A DNA stretch of 64,000 nt, taken from the IMG/VR virus record IMGVR_UViG_3300050821_002957, positions 1-64,000 of that record; one strand, 5' to 3'. This document shows, in pieces, positions 23,943 to 32,368 of this stretch. The notes below the pieces were generated by a model that was not told the DNA's origin, did no database searches, and worked only from the letters and a program-made list of their open reading frames with translations. The translations under genes and the position numbers were made by a program. Position 1 is the stretch's first letter, and every line of letters starts with the position of its first letter.

Positions 23943-24509
23943 ATGATGACACTCGAAACACTTGAATCGGAATGGCATGAAGGAAACGAAAAAGCATTCT
24001 CTGCCTATGGAAGAACCAGTCACATCAAAGCTCTATGGCGCTGCTCTAAATGCGGTCATGAGTGGCAAGCTACAAAAAGTAATCGAGTAAGCAAGGGTAG
24101 TGGATGTCCTAAGTGTAGAAAACAAAATTTCAAAGGTTCCAGCAATCCAAAATGGACAGGTTACGGTGAAATCAGTGGAAAGCAATGGTCAGGAATTCGA
24201 CGTAATTCTATTCAACCATTTGAAATTACTATCGAATATGCCTGGGAACTGTTTCTCATACAAAACAGAAAATGTGTTTTCACTGGTAGGGAATTAACAG
24301 TAAGCACAGCATCACTAGACTGCATAGACCTATCTAAAGGCTATGTCGAAGGTAATGTCCGATGGATCGATAAAAGATTGAATAACATCCTACCAGACGA
24401 AACCTTTATTGCGTTATGTCAAGAAGTAGCTGCCTACCAGACCAAGAAAGAGTTGGAAGAGCGAGGCATTCCTTCGTTTACAGAATGGAAATCGAAAGGT
24501 TCTTCATGA
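23943..24509 (+). CDS. Zn-ribbon (DUF4379-like) plus HNH-like endonuclease, antisense between g21 and g22
   Basis: WRCSKCGHEWQA..SNR...GSGCPKC; SLDCIDLSKGYVEGNVRWI. Confidence 0.75.
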   Translation: MMTLETLESEWHEGNEKAFSAYGRTSHIKALWRCSKCGHEWQATKSNRVSKGSGCPKCRKQNFKGSSNPKWTGYGEISGKQWSGIRRNSIQPFEITIEYAWELFLIQNRKCVFTGRELTVSTASLDCIDLSKGYVEGNVRWIDKRLNNILPDETFIALCQEVAAYQTKKELEERGIPSFTEWKSKGSS

Positions 24510-25170
24510 AAGCATCAAACGACTCCATCATCTCTCTTTCGGATGGAGCTTTCTTTTTGAACTGCTTCTGAATGGTTGCAACCTGAGCTTCGACTTTGGT
24601 GTTCTTCTGGATCTTTGCTTCGGTCAAAATGCCGCCGCTCCAGACCCACTCTTTGCCTTCCATGATTCCTTGGACAAATGCTGAGGGCGCACTAGGATCA
24701 GCTACAATGTCAGCAGCGGTCGCAAGATAGAAATCGTCCTGGACTTCTTGGATGCCAGAATCGTTTTGTTTCAGGCTCCCCATGCCACGGCTAGAGACAC
24801 CTAATTTGACGCCAGCATCCATTAAGTTCTGGACGATTTTGCCATTTGGTGTATTGAGAATTTTTGCCTTGCCGATGAAGTTGTTGCCGTCACGATAAAG
24901 TTCGGTAATCAAGTGGCTGACCTTATCGAGATTTAAAGTCGGCCCGTCAGGATGTCCCAATTCTCCGAGAGCACGATTCTGAGATACGTAGGCTTGATGA
25001 TAACGGGAAACTTCACGCTCTAAAATATCGATTGGATAAACACGACCATTACGATTTTGAAGATTGGCTTGAAGGAAGACACCTTGGATGTGATATGACT
25101 TATTAGGTCCGTTGCCTTCGGTGACTGCTTCGACAATGATGTTTTCGTTCTGCTCACAAATTAGCTTCAT
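24478..25170 (-). CDS. g21: Prohead core protease (T4 gp21 family)
   Basis: IQGVFLQAN..NRNGRVYP, RALGELGHP, GVKLGVSSRGMGSL, ADIVADPSAP.AFV.GIME. Confidence 0.97.
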   Translation of the reverse strand: MKLICEQNENIIVEAVTEGNGPNKSYHIQGVFLQANLQNRNGRVYPIDILEREVSRYHQAYVSQNRALGELGHPDGPTLNLDKVSHLITELYRDGNNFIGKAKILNTPNGKIVQNLMDAGVKLGVSSRGMGSLKQNDSGIQEVQDDFYLATAADIVADPSAPSAFVQGIMEGKEWVWSGGILTEAKIQKNTKVEAQVATIQKQFKKKAPSEREMMESFDAFMKNLSISIL

Positions 25171-25171
25171 A

Positions 25172-25834
25172 TTATCCTCTCTTCTTAGCTGCTGGTGGGT
25201 GTCCAATGAAATTATCTACGACATGCTTTGCGATCATGTGCATGAATGGATTCTTTCCTGCAAACTTCTTAATCGACGTATGGATTGCTTTGTACCGTGC
25301 TCTCTGCTTCTTGTCGATCTTTTTCTTGGCGGTATTTTCTGCGCCACGTTTCGATTTCAATACTGCGGTGCCTGCGGCCAATTCGTTTGAGATGGCTTTC
25401 AACTCAGGCGTCTTTTTGTCGCTTGCTGCTTTGCTCCACCGTTCCCGAGTGCTCTTCAGCATGGTTTCGATGTGAGATGCAGCCATTCCGTCAAAGTATT
25501 GTTGGAACTGTGCTCTGGAAGGAACTACAGGTTTACCATTGATGTCTTTTTCGACTCTTGGCTTGGGATCGGACTCAGCCAAAATTTGAAGGTCTCCCCA
25601 AAAATTTGCTGATTCTTGTAGACGAATGGATTCGATCATGTCGGCTGCTTTGGCATAGAGCACAGCCTCCAATCCTTCATCTACACGATTTGCTGCACCA
25701 TTGGCCTGTCTAATTGCAGAGGCATCGTCGCCGGTTTTAGACAGCACACTATTAGCTACCGCCACCCATACTTTCTTTTGGTGGTCTGATAGTCCTTTGT
25801 GGTGTTTATCTACATCGGCAACGGTCCAAGGCAT
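25172..25834 (-). CDS. Prohead core-region protein with ChaB-like N-terminal domain
   Basis: MPWTVADV...LSDHQKKVWVAVANSVL..GDDASAIRQANGA. Confidence 0.65.
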   Translation of the reverse strand: MPWTVADVDKHHKGLSDHQKKVWVAVANSVLSKTGDDASAIRQANGAANRVDEGLEAVLYAKAADMIESIRLQESANFWGDLQILAESDPKPRVEKDINGKPVVPSRAQFQQYFDGMAASHIETMLKSTRERWSKAASDKKTPELKAISNELAAGTAVLKSKRGAENTAKKKIDKKQRARYKAIHTSIKKFAGKNPFMHMIAKHVVDNFIGHPPAAKKRG

Positions 25835-25836
25835 TG

Positions 25837-26100
25837 TTAGTTCATCTGTCCCAATTCAGCTTTCATCAAGGTTAACTTGTCTTTCATGACCGCTAGTGAT
25901 TTGGTCATTTCAGGTGACTTATTGCCCTTTGACTGTGCTGCTTGAATTTTCTGTTGCATGACCGAAATTTGTTTGGATTTGCTCTGCTTTGCCATGCCGG
26001 GAGTGCTGGCCTCGACGATTAGTTCTGCCGCAATTCGACGCTTCTCTTCGGCGAGCTTCTCTTTCAATTTTGTACGAATCAATTCTTCGACTGATGACAT
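25837..26100 (-). CDS. Small prohead core-region protein
   Basis: 87 aa, charged helical, located between g20 and g21. Confidence 0.65.
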   Translation of the reverse strand: MSSVEELIRTKLKEKLAEEKRRIAAELIVEASTPGMAKQSKSKQISVMQQKIQAAQSKGNKSPEMTKSLAVMKDKLTLMKAELGQMN

Positions 26101-26101
26101 G

Positions 26102-26599
26102 TTATTTGCCCTTCTTTTTTACTACTTTTTTCTTTGCAGCAAGTGCCTCTCTTTTGTTGTGTGCCAGTTGAGCATCGTGATACTTTTTGATAGCTTCTGG
26201 TGAGGATTTTCCACACTGCCAGCAATTTTCATGTTGTCCAAAATGGGATTCTGCTTCATCCATTTCGCCATGAGATGCAGCAGCACGAGCGGCATTGCCC
26301 ATTCTCGATGAAGATTCACCATTACCATGCTTCACATAATCTTTCGGCCACGGCATACGAACGTCGTTTTCCCAGTCCTTACGCTTCTGGCTCTTTGCCT
26401 TTGCAGATACCGGAGCTTTGTCACCTGCCCTGCGATGTTCCTGGTGTGGTGCTTCTGTAAGATCACCGAAAATTTCAACGGCGACTTGTTTGCGTGCTTC
26501 GTTAATCGCAGCCACAGTTTTCTGTCTCAATGCCTTTGTAAGAGCATTGGTTGCGCTCGTAGCATTCTTGTTTTGAATGTCTTCCAATAATGTCTTCAT
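26102..26599 (-). CDS. Basic prohead core-region protein
   Basis: 165 aa; LRQKTVAAINEARKQVAVEIFG resembles core-protein helices. Confidence 0.65.
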   Translation of the reverse strand: MKTLLEDIQNKNATSATNALTKALRQKTVAAINEARKQVAVEIFGDLTEAPHQEHRRAGDKAPVSAKAKSQKRKDWENDVRMPWPKDYVKHGNGESSSRMGNAARAAASHGEMDEAESHFGQHENCWQCGKSSPEAIKKYHDAQLAHNKREALAAKKKVVKKKGK

Positions 26600-26608
26600 A
26601 TGATCCTC

Positions 26609-28408
26609 TTAGAATTGTTCCTTATGCTTTTTGTGACTGTGACCACCAACTTTTCCGGTGTAGGCAGCTTTGGTTCTTCTCGCCATCTTAATGTGGTGCT
26701 TCATATCTGCCTTTGCGGTAGCAGAAATATGTTGCTTGGTTGCCATCTTCTGTTCAGGCGAAAGAGACGGATCTTTGTTGATCATTGCAGCCTGTTTCTT
26801 GAAAGCTGAAAGGTTACGACGGCCATGAACTTTGAATTGACCGAGATGTTGTTTTGCCATCTGGTACTTCTTATTTTTTACAGGATCGGTCTTCGCTGTT
26901 TGCTTAATCAATGGGTTTAATACTTCGGTAATGAACTTTTGGTTGGCTTCTACTTCAGCTTTGAAACCAAAATCTTCATTACGGACGAACGATTTCTTTT
27001 TAGCCGGTGGAGGAACAACTACTTCTTCGTCACCATCATCGTCTTCGTCGTCGTAAGGATCGTCATCATCATCCGAATCATCATCGACTACTTCTTCGTC
27101 GTCATCACCATCGTCATCACCATCTTCGTCATCAGAGTCATCGTCATCAGAGTCATCGTCATCAGAGTCATCGTCATCAGAGTCATCATCTGTTGAGAAA
27201 TCTCCGTCAGAATCCTCGTCGTCATCGTCCTGGTCGTCATCATCATCATCATCATCTTCATCGTCGGAATCGTTATCTGAATTGAAGTCGTCTGGTGATA
27301 CACTGTACGGATCGCTTAACGGATCGTCGTCATCTTCATCGTCTTCGTCGTCGCCATCTTGGTCTTCGTCTTCATCGCCGTCTTCAGAATCATCATCGTC
27401 GCCAATGCCTTGTGGATCGCCCTGGTCATCATTGCCGTCTTCAAGATCGTCTCCGGTGTCTACGGTCTGTTCACCATCAGGAACATCACCATCGCCGCCG
27501 AAATCGCCTTGATCACCATTCTCGTCGCCAGCAATGCCAGTTTCGTCGCCATTGTCTGCGTCACCGAATCCACTGTTTTGTTCGTCATCTGGATTCTGGC
27601 CGAAATCACCGTTGTCATCGACTTGATCGGTATCTCCAATTTCGAGATCAGGATCAGAATTGTCATCGCCCATGTCTGCACCCGGCTGGACTTGCTGACC
27701 AGGAGCAGGCTGACCTGGGAGACCGCCTTGATTGCCTGCGAGAACAGTCTGGCCGCACGCCTGACAAGTCTTTGGCTCTGGCATTGCTTGACCGCATGAC
27801 TGACAAGTGCCACCGCCCATTTGCTGAGACTGGCCCATTGCATTAAGGGTCGGATCGCTACCTTGAGGACTGGTAACTGCTGCGTCAGGACCACCCGATG
27901 CAGACATGTCGCCAAGAGAAGGCTGACCACCGCCACCAGTTTGCATCGGTGAGGTAGTGTCAGAACCCGGCTGCATTGGCATCTGAGGCGCTTGGTTGAA
28001 CGTGGCAGTCGGCGGTAATTGTGTGCCGGTGCCCTGGTCCATTGTTGCGCCAGGAGTTGCCTGAGACGCCATTCCTTGAACAGAGTCTTGTGCCTTCCAG
28101 TTATTGTCTACGTATTGAAAAAATTGCTTTTTGGTTGCTTCGTCTCTGAAATCTTCAGGACCATTGACACCAAACTTTTTTAGAGCATTTGCGAAGAATA
28201 CCGCATATGTGTTATCGCTAGGATTCACGAACTCGGGCTGCTCATCGGCACCAAAACTTTCCTGGACGGTGCCGTAAGTCTTCCGTGCAACCGATGTTGC
28301 TTGTTCGGAGATCGCCTTTAGGAGCTTTCTTCCAAGCGTTTTCTCTACTACTGAGACAGCTTTAGCAGATTGTTCGCTCGTGATTAGCTCGATGATAGAT
28401 TTGTTCAT
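26609..28408 (-). CDS. 599 aa low-complexity protein with poly-Asp tract
   Basis: G/Q/P/M-rich block, two CxxC motifs, Asp-dominated block, basic C-terminus; AGGGGAG SD. Confidence 0.85.
   Translation of the reverse strand: MNKSIIELITSEQSAKAVSVVEKTLGRKLLKAISEQATSVARKTYGTVQESFGADEQPEFVNPSDNTYAVFFANALKKFGVNGPEDFRDEATKKQFFQYVDNNWKAQDSVQGMASQATPGATMDQGTGTQLPPTATFNQAPQMPMQPGSDTTSPMQTGGGGQPSLGDMSASGGPDAAVTSPQGSDPTLNAMGQSQQMGGGTCQSCGQAMPEPKTCQACGQTVLAGNQGGLPGQPAPGQQVQPGADMGDDNSDPDLEIGDTDQVDDNGDFGQNPDDEQNSGFGDADNGDETGIAGDENGDQGDFGGDGDVPDGEQTVDTGDDLEDGNDDQGDPQGIGDDDDSEDGDEDEDQDGDDEDDEDDDDPLSDPYSVSPDDFNSDNDSDDEDDDDDDDDQDDDDEDSDGDFSTDDDSDDDDSDDDDSDDDDSDDEDGDDDGDDDEEVVDDDSDDDDDPYDDEDDDGDEEVVVPPPAKKKSFVRNEDFGFKAEVEANQKFITEVLNPLIKQTAKTDPVKNKKYQMAKQHLGQFKVHGRRNLSAFKKQAAMINKDPSLSPEQKMATKQHISATAKADMKHHIKMARRTKAAYTGKVGGHSHKKHKEQF
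27126..27185. repeat. 4 x 15 bp perfect tandem repeat (encodes DDSDD units)
   Basis: TCGTCATCAGAGTCA four times. Confidence 0.9.
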
Positions 28409-28432
28409 GAATATAGCTCCCCTAAAGATAGA

Positions 28433-28439
28433 TATTTAT
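28433..28439 (-). promoter_or_regulatory. Late promoter ATAAATA
   Basis: Upstream of 26609..28408. Confidence 0.6.
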
Positions 28440-28444
28440 GACAA

Positions 28445-28912
28445 TCAATGAGTTGCGGTGTTCGTGCTGACATATGCCACCAAACATCTGGCAAATTCAA
28501 GTACATCGGAATCAGCGTACTTATTTTTGCAAGTATTGTAGATCCAAACTACCAATTGACAATTATCCGGGGTATAGCCTTTGGTTCTGTCAATTCGATC
28601 AATACTAGGGGCACATTTCGATTCCGTGGTCTCTCGATCAAACAGCATTCCGGTTCTTTCACAATGACCTTTTTCTAATCTGTCAATACACCACTGACGG
28701 TCGATAGTGACCTCCAACCCACTTCCTTTGGCTCGAAATTTAGCACCACTGATTAGTTTACTGGCTTGTCCCTTAACAGTTTTTCTGTATTTTTGTAGGG
28801 ATTTTTTGTGGCTCTCTTTATAACGCTTATTAGTACGTTGATATTCCTTCATGTACTCTTTCATACGAGCGTTGACTTTGGCCTTTTTTGCTTCGGGACT
28901 CTTTTTCATCAT
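28445..28912 (-). CDS. HNH-like homing endonuclease
   Basis: GAKFRAK, GHCERTG..F, APSIDRID..KGYT.DNCQLVVWIYN..K; paralog of 34806..35318. Confidence 0.8.
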   Translation of the reverse strand: MMKKSPEAKKAKVNARMKEYMKEYQRTNKRYKESHKKSLQKYRKTVKGQASKLISGAKFRAKGSGLEVTIDRQWCIDRLEKGHCERTGMLFDRETTESKCAPSIDRIDRTKGYTPDNCQLVVWIYNTCKNKYADSDVLEFARCLVAYVSTNTATH

Positions 28913-28919
28913 CGCAAGA

Positions 28920-28926
28920 TATTTAG
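28920..28926 (-). promoter_or_regulatory. Late promoter CTAAATA
   Basis: 7 nt before endonuclease ATG. Confidence 0.7.
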
Positions 28927-28942
28927 CGATGTATTGAAAGAC

Positions 28943-29278
28943 CTATTCTGATGTTTCTTCAGAGGTTGACTGTTGATCGCCTTGAAACTCAGAACTTGCT
29001 TTTTTCTTATTCTGTTTTGCCTTCCAAGCACCTTCAACTTTTGGCTGTTCAATGATGACTTCTTCTTGCTGTTGAACCTTTGGTTGATCGATGTCAAACA
29101 CAGGTTCCGGCATTACAATTTTTGGTTCTTCAATGACTTGGACCGGCTTTTTCTTTTCGATATACGGACAACCAACATTTGCGCCGTATCGTTTGGAGAC
29201 AGGTTTATCTGTAGTGGCCTTTGGAGCAGGCTTTACTTTTGGTTTGTGTAGTGGTGTTCCAATCTTTGCTTTGTACAT
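28943..29278 (-). CDS. Hypothetical K/P/E-rich protein
   Basis: 111 aa, starts 1 nt after portal stop. Confidence 0.55.
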   Translation of the reverse strand: MYKAKIGTPLHKPKVKPAPKATTDKPVSKRYGANVGCPYIEKKKPVQVIEEPKIVMPEPVFDIDQPKVQQQEEVIIEQPKVEGAWKAKQNKKKASSEFQGDQQSTSEETSE

Positions 29279-29279
29279 A

Positions 29280-31130
29280 TTATCTTCTCCAGAGTGCTTC
29301 TACGTTACGTGTTGCACGCTCTGTCGGTAGATCATCAACGTCTACGTGAGCGTCTTCATCTTCGTCTTCATCATCAGACACGCCTGCGGCTCCCGGCTGG
29401 GGCTGTAGACCGGCTGGCTGTGGTGGGCCTTGTTGCTGTTCGTCATCGTCCTCTTCTCCACCGCCTTCCTCTTCATCATCTGATTGCTGTTGTCCCGGAG
29501 GCATTCCACCACCTGGACCACCCATTCCTCCACCAGGACCGCCCATCATGGCATTAGGATCATTTGGATCGCCACCGCCCATTGCGTTTGGATCTTGTCC
29601 CATCGAAGGGTCCATTCCACCCGGCATACCCATCATTCCACCGCTTGTCATTGCTTCAAGCGCCTGATAGCGAGGATCACTCTTTTCACGAAGCATCCGA
29701 GCATCTTCTGCTTTCATCTCTTGGTCGGTCTGCATTAGAACGCCACGACGAATCGATTCCCAAGAGAACAACTTGCCAGCATATTGAACCATGTGATCTA
29801 CGACAGCAAGACGATTCTGGATGATTTCGAGATTTTTCTGTTCCGAATAATATGTATCTTTTAGGAAGCTGTAGTAAATCTTCTGTCTGATCGTCGTCCA
29901 ATCTTCCTTGGTGATAATGCCTTTGAGCATCAATTGAGTCGATAGTAAATCATCGAACAATTGGGTGAAACGATTGCGAATACGATGGATGAACTTTCCA
30001 AATTTCACTTCTTCACGAGTGATTGAAGCTCCATCTCCAAAGCTCATGGTCGATTCTGATTTAAGACGACTGACCGGCACATTCAATGCCTGATAGAGTT
30101 TCTCTTTGAAGTATTCTACGTCGGCCATTTCGCCAAGATTTTCACCGCCCGGAAGCGTAGTGATTTCTGTACCTCGACCACCTTCACGACGAGGGAGCCA
30201 GTAGTCTTCCATGAACGAAAGAAACTTTTTGTCTTCACGAATTTCGCCGGTCGATGCATCATAGACCATCTTGTTCCGATACTTGGACATGATGTCTTTC
30301 AAATACTGTTCTGCTTTCTGCTTCGGCAGGTTTCCTACGTCAATGTAAAACACACGACGCTCAGGCGCACGAGAAAGACGATAGATGACTGTTGCGTCCT
30401 CGACCATCGACAACATGTTAGAAGCCTTAAGTGCCTTGTGTAGGTAACCCAGGATCATCGTATTGTTGGTCTCACGAATGCCAGAGTGAACATAACAAAT
30501 TGAATCCCAAGCGATCTTTACCCCTGTCGTAGTCGTCGTCGCATCCGATCCAAATTGGTTATAGACGTAGTAGCGCTGCTTTTCAATTTGCATCGGCACG
30601 CCTTCTTGCGAAACATAAGATTCAGTTTCGATGACCGGCTTGATGCGGCGTGGATCGATAGGACGAAGCTCTTGAATACCATCACGAGGATTCTGCGTGT
30701 CAATGATAATGTGATAGTAAAGACGGCCATCGACATACCATTGACGATAGATGTCTTGACCTTCATTGTTAAAATCGAGAAGGTTCAATATGTTGTCGAA
30801 CTCTTCTTGAATTTTTTGAATGATGTCGTCGGAGTAACTTAGTTTATCGGTTACAAGGGCGATTGGTGGTTTCTGTTCTTCGGTGACAATTGATTCATTG
30901 ATAATCTCACTAACAGCACCTTCGACTTCAGGTCTGGTAGCCATTTCACGATACTTGGTGATAAGCTCGATTTCGTTTTTGACGATTCCATCGAGGTCTA
31001 CAACAGTTGTAAATGCGCCGCCTTGTTCGACAACCACTGCTCCGTCATCATTCTGTGGCGGGGCAAAAGATAGTGGATCTTTATCTTGTTTCTTGTCTTT
31101 GAACAGGAAACCAAAGAGATTATAGGCCAT
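29280..31130 (-). CDS. g20: Portal vertex protein (T4 gp20 family) with extended G/M/P/acidic tail
   Basis: RQWYVDGRLYYH, EDATVIYRLSRAPERRVFYIDVGNLPK.KAEQYL, EDYWLPRREGGRGTEITTLPGG. Confidence 0.97.
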   Translation of the reverse strand: MAYNLFGFLFKDKKQDKDPLSFAPPQNDDGAVVVEQGGAFTTVVDLDGIVKNEIELITKYREMATRPEVEGAVSEIINESIVTEEQKPPIALVTDKLSYSDDIIQKIQEEFDNILNLLDFNNEGQDIYRQWYVDGRLYYHIIIDTQNPRDGIQELRPIDPRRIKPVIETESYVSQEGVPMQIEKQRYYVYNQFGSDATTTTTGVKIAWDSICYVHSGIRETNNTMILGYLHKALKASNMLSMVEDATVIYRLSRAPERRVFYIDVGNLPKQKAEQYLKDIMSKYRNKMVYDASTGEIREDKKFLSFMEDYWLPRREGGRGTEITTLPGGENLGEMADVEYFKEKLYQALNVPVSRLKSESTMSFGDGASITREEVKFGKFIHRIRNRFTQLFDDLLSTQLMLKGIITKEDWTTIRQKIYYSFLKDTYYSEQKNLEIIQNRLAVVDHMVQYAGKLFSWESIRRGVLMQTDQEMKAEDARMLREKSDPRYQALEAMTSGGMMGMPGGMDPSMGQDPNAMGGGDPNDPNAMMGGPGGGMGGPGGGMPPGQQQSDDEEEGGGEEDDDEQQQGPPQPAGLQPQPGAAGVSDDEDEDEDAHVDVDDLPTERATRNVEALWRR

Positions 31131-31139
31131 AATTACTTG

Positions 31140-31146
31140 TATTTAG
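31140..31146 (-). promoter_or_regulatory. Late promoter CTAAATA
   Basis: 9 nt before g20 ATG. Confidence 0.7.
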
Positions 31147-31174
31147 CAAAGTAGATATGCAGGAAGAATCCAGC

Positions 31175-31771
31175 CTACTTCTTTGCAGCTTTGGCTTCTT
31201 GACTTTTTATGTATTCGGGAGTTTGCTGGTACTCAATAATGGTAGAAGCGATCTTTCTCCAGCGAATTTCATGGACATTTCTTGGTGCAGGTAGGATGGA
31301 TCTTAGCTCGCCCATTTTCACAGTTCCGTCACCAATTGCTTTCAGACGTTCTTGTGTTCTAACTTCAATTGCGCCTTCTAGATCGGTGTTGGTGACGTGT
31401 TTTCTGCCCTGAACTTTTGAAATCAAAAATGCAAGATGGTAGACCGGACCAAGTTCAGCGACAGTTATTTCCTGATCGACGACAGCTTTGACCATTGTGC
31501 GAATCATGGTAGGATCGACAAAGAAATCAGGACGGAAGAGTGATGCTGCTTTTTCGTCGCTAACCGGCCCTTCAATAGGCCGTATACGTGGAACAAACCC
31601 ATTACGCTTTTTCTTGGCGAATGGGTTTGTTGTAGTTGACTGATCTCCGTTTGCTGTGGTGATCGTCACTGGACCTGTTGGCTTAGAAGGTGTCTTCTGT
31701 CTAATAGCTACAGATGCTTTTGTAGACCGTAACGGAGTAATGGTCTTCGGACGATGAAAACTATGTCTCAT
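31175..31771 (-). CDS. Hypothetical basic protein
   Basis: 198 aa; TAATG coupling to g19. Confidence 0.6.
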   Translation of the reverse strand: MRHSFHRPKTITPLRSTKASVAIRQKTPSKPTGPVTITTANGDQSTTTNPFAKKKRNGFVPRIRPIEGPVSDEKAASLFRPDFFVDPTMIRTMVKAVVDQEITVAELGPVYHLAFLISKVQGRKHVTNTDLEGAIEVRTQERLKAIGDGTVKMGELRSILPAPRNVHEIRWRKIASTIIEYQQTPEYIKSQEAKAAKK

Positions 31772-32319
31772 TAAAGAGTGTTGGCGTTAGTCCAGTAGTC
31801 GTACTGCATTGTGACCTGGAATTCTTCGATCTGATCGTTTGCGTCCCATGCGAGATCCTGAGGAGAAACAGCAGACGGCCAAGAATTTTTCAAAACGTAA
31901 GTTGCGATTTGTGACGCACCCGTTTTGCTCCACTGAATGACAGTTGCATCGGCTGCATAACCTACGCTGGTTACAGAGTTGATTGCACGAATGTTTTGCA
32001 AGTGAGCGTTGATGCCATTCGACCATGCCTCGAAAGCGCCACGGACATCGAATGTTTCATCGTTGATAACCGTGATGCTCCACTCTGGGAATGTGCGATT
32101 TCCAGGAACTTTGATTTGACGACCAAAGTAAGGAACAGGAACAACACCGACTTCTTCCGGTGGCAACGAAGCCGCCTTACAGAAAAAGGTAAGATTCTGC
32201 TGGGCTGTACCTGCTGCACCAGCCGCCGCTGCCGGGAATACCAAGTCAACTTCAAAAAGATTTTGACGTGCGCCATCGCCAACTAGAGCGGAGCGGAATG
32301 TTGAGATATTAAATGCCAT
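31771..32319 (-). CDS. g19: Tail tube protein (T4 gp19 family)
   Basis: GARQNLFEV, FFCKAASLP, YFGRQIKVPGNRTF.EW.ITVINDE.F.VR.AFE.W, IEEFQVT..YDYW. Confidence 0.96.
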   Translation of the reverse strand: MAFNISTFRSALVGDGARQNLFEVDLVFPAAAAGAAGTAQQNLTFFCKAASLPPEEVGVVPVPYFGRQIKVPGNRTFPEWSITVINDETFDVRGAFEAWSNGINAHLQNIRAINSVTSVGYAADATVIQWSKTGASQIATYVLKNSWPSAVSPQDLAWDANDQIEEFQVTMQYDYWTNANTL

Positions 32320-32341
32320 GTTGTTGTTTTCCTCTTGTACT

Positions 32342-32348
32342 TATTTAG
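32342..32348 (-). promoter_or_regulatory. Late promoter CTAAATA
   Basis: Upstream of g19. Confidence 0.7.
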
Positions 32349-32368
32349 AAGGGAGTTGGAACCCCTTA

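Noticed and set aside
26939-27936. His-, Ser-, Met/Thr- and Val/Ile-rich ORFs in the track
   Set aside because: Shadow frames of the GAY/GAR repeats in the Asp-rich gene.
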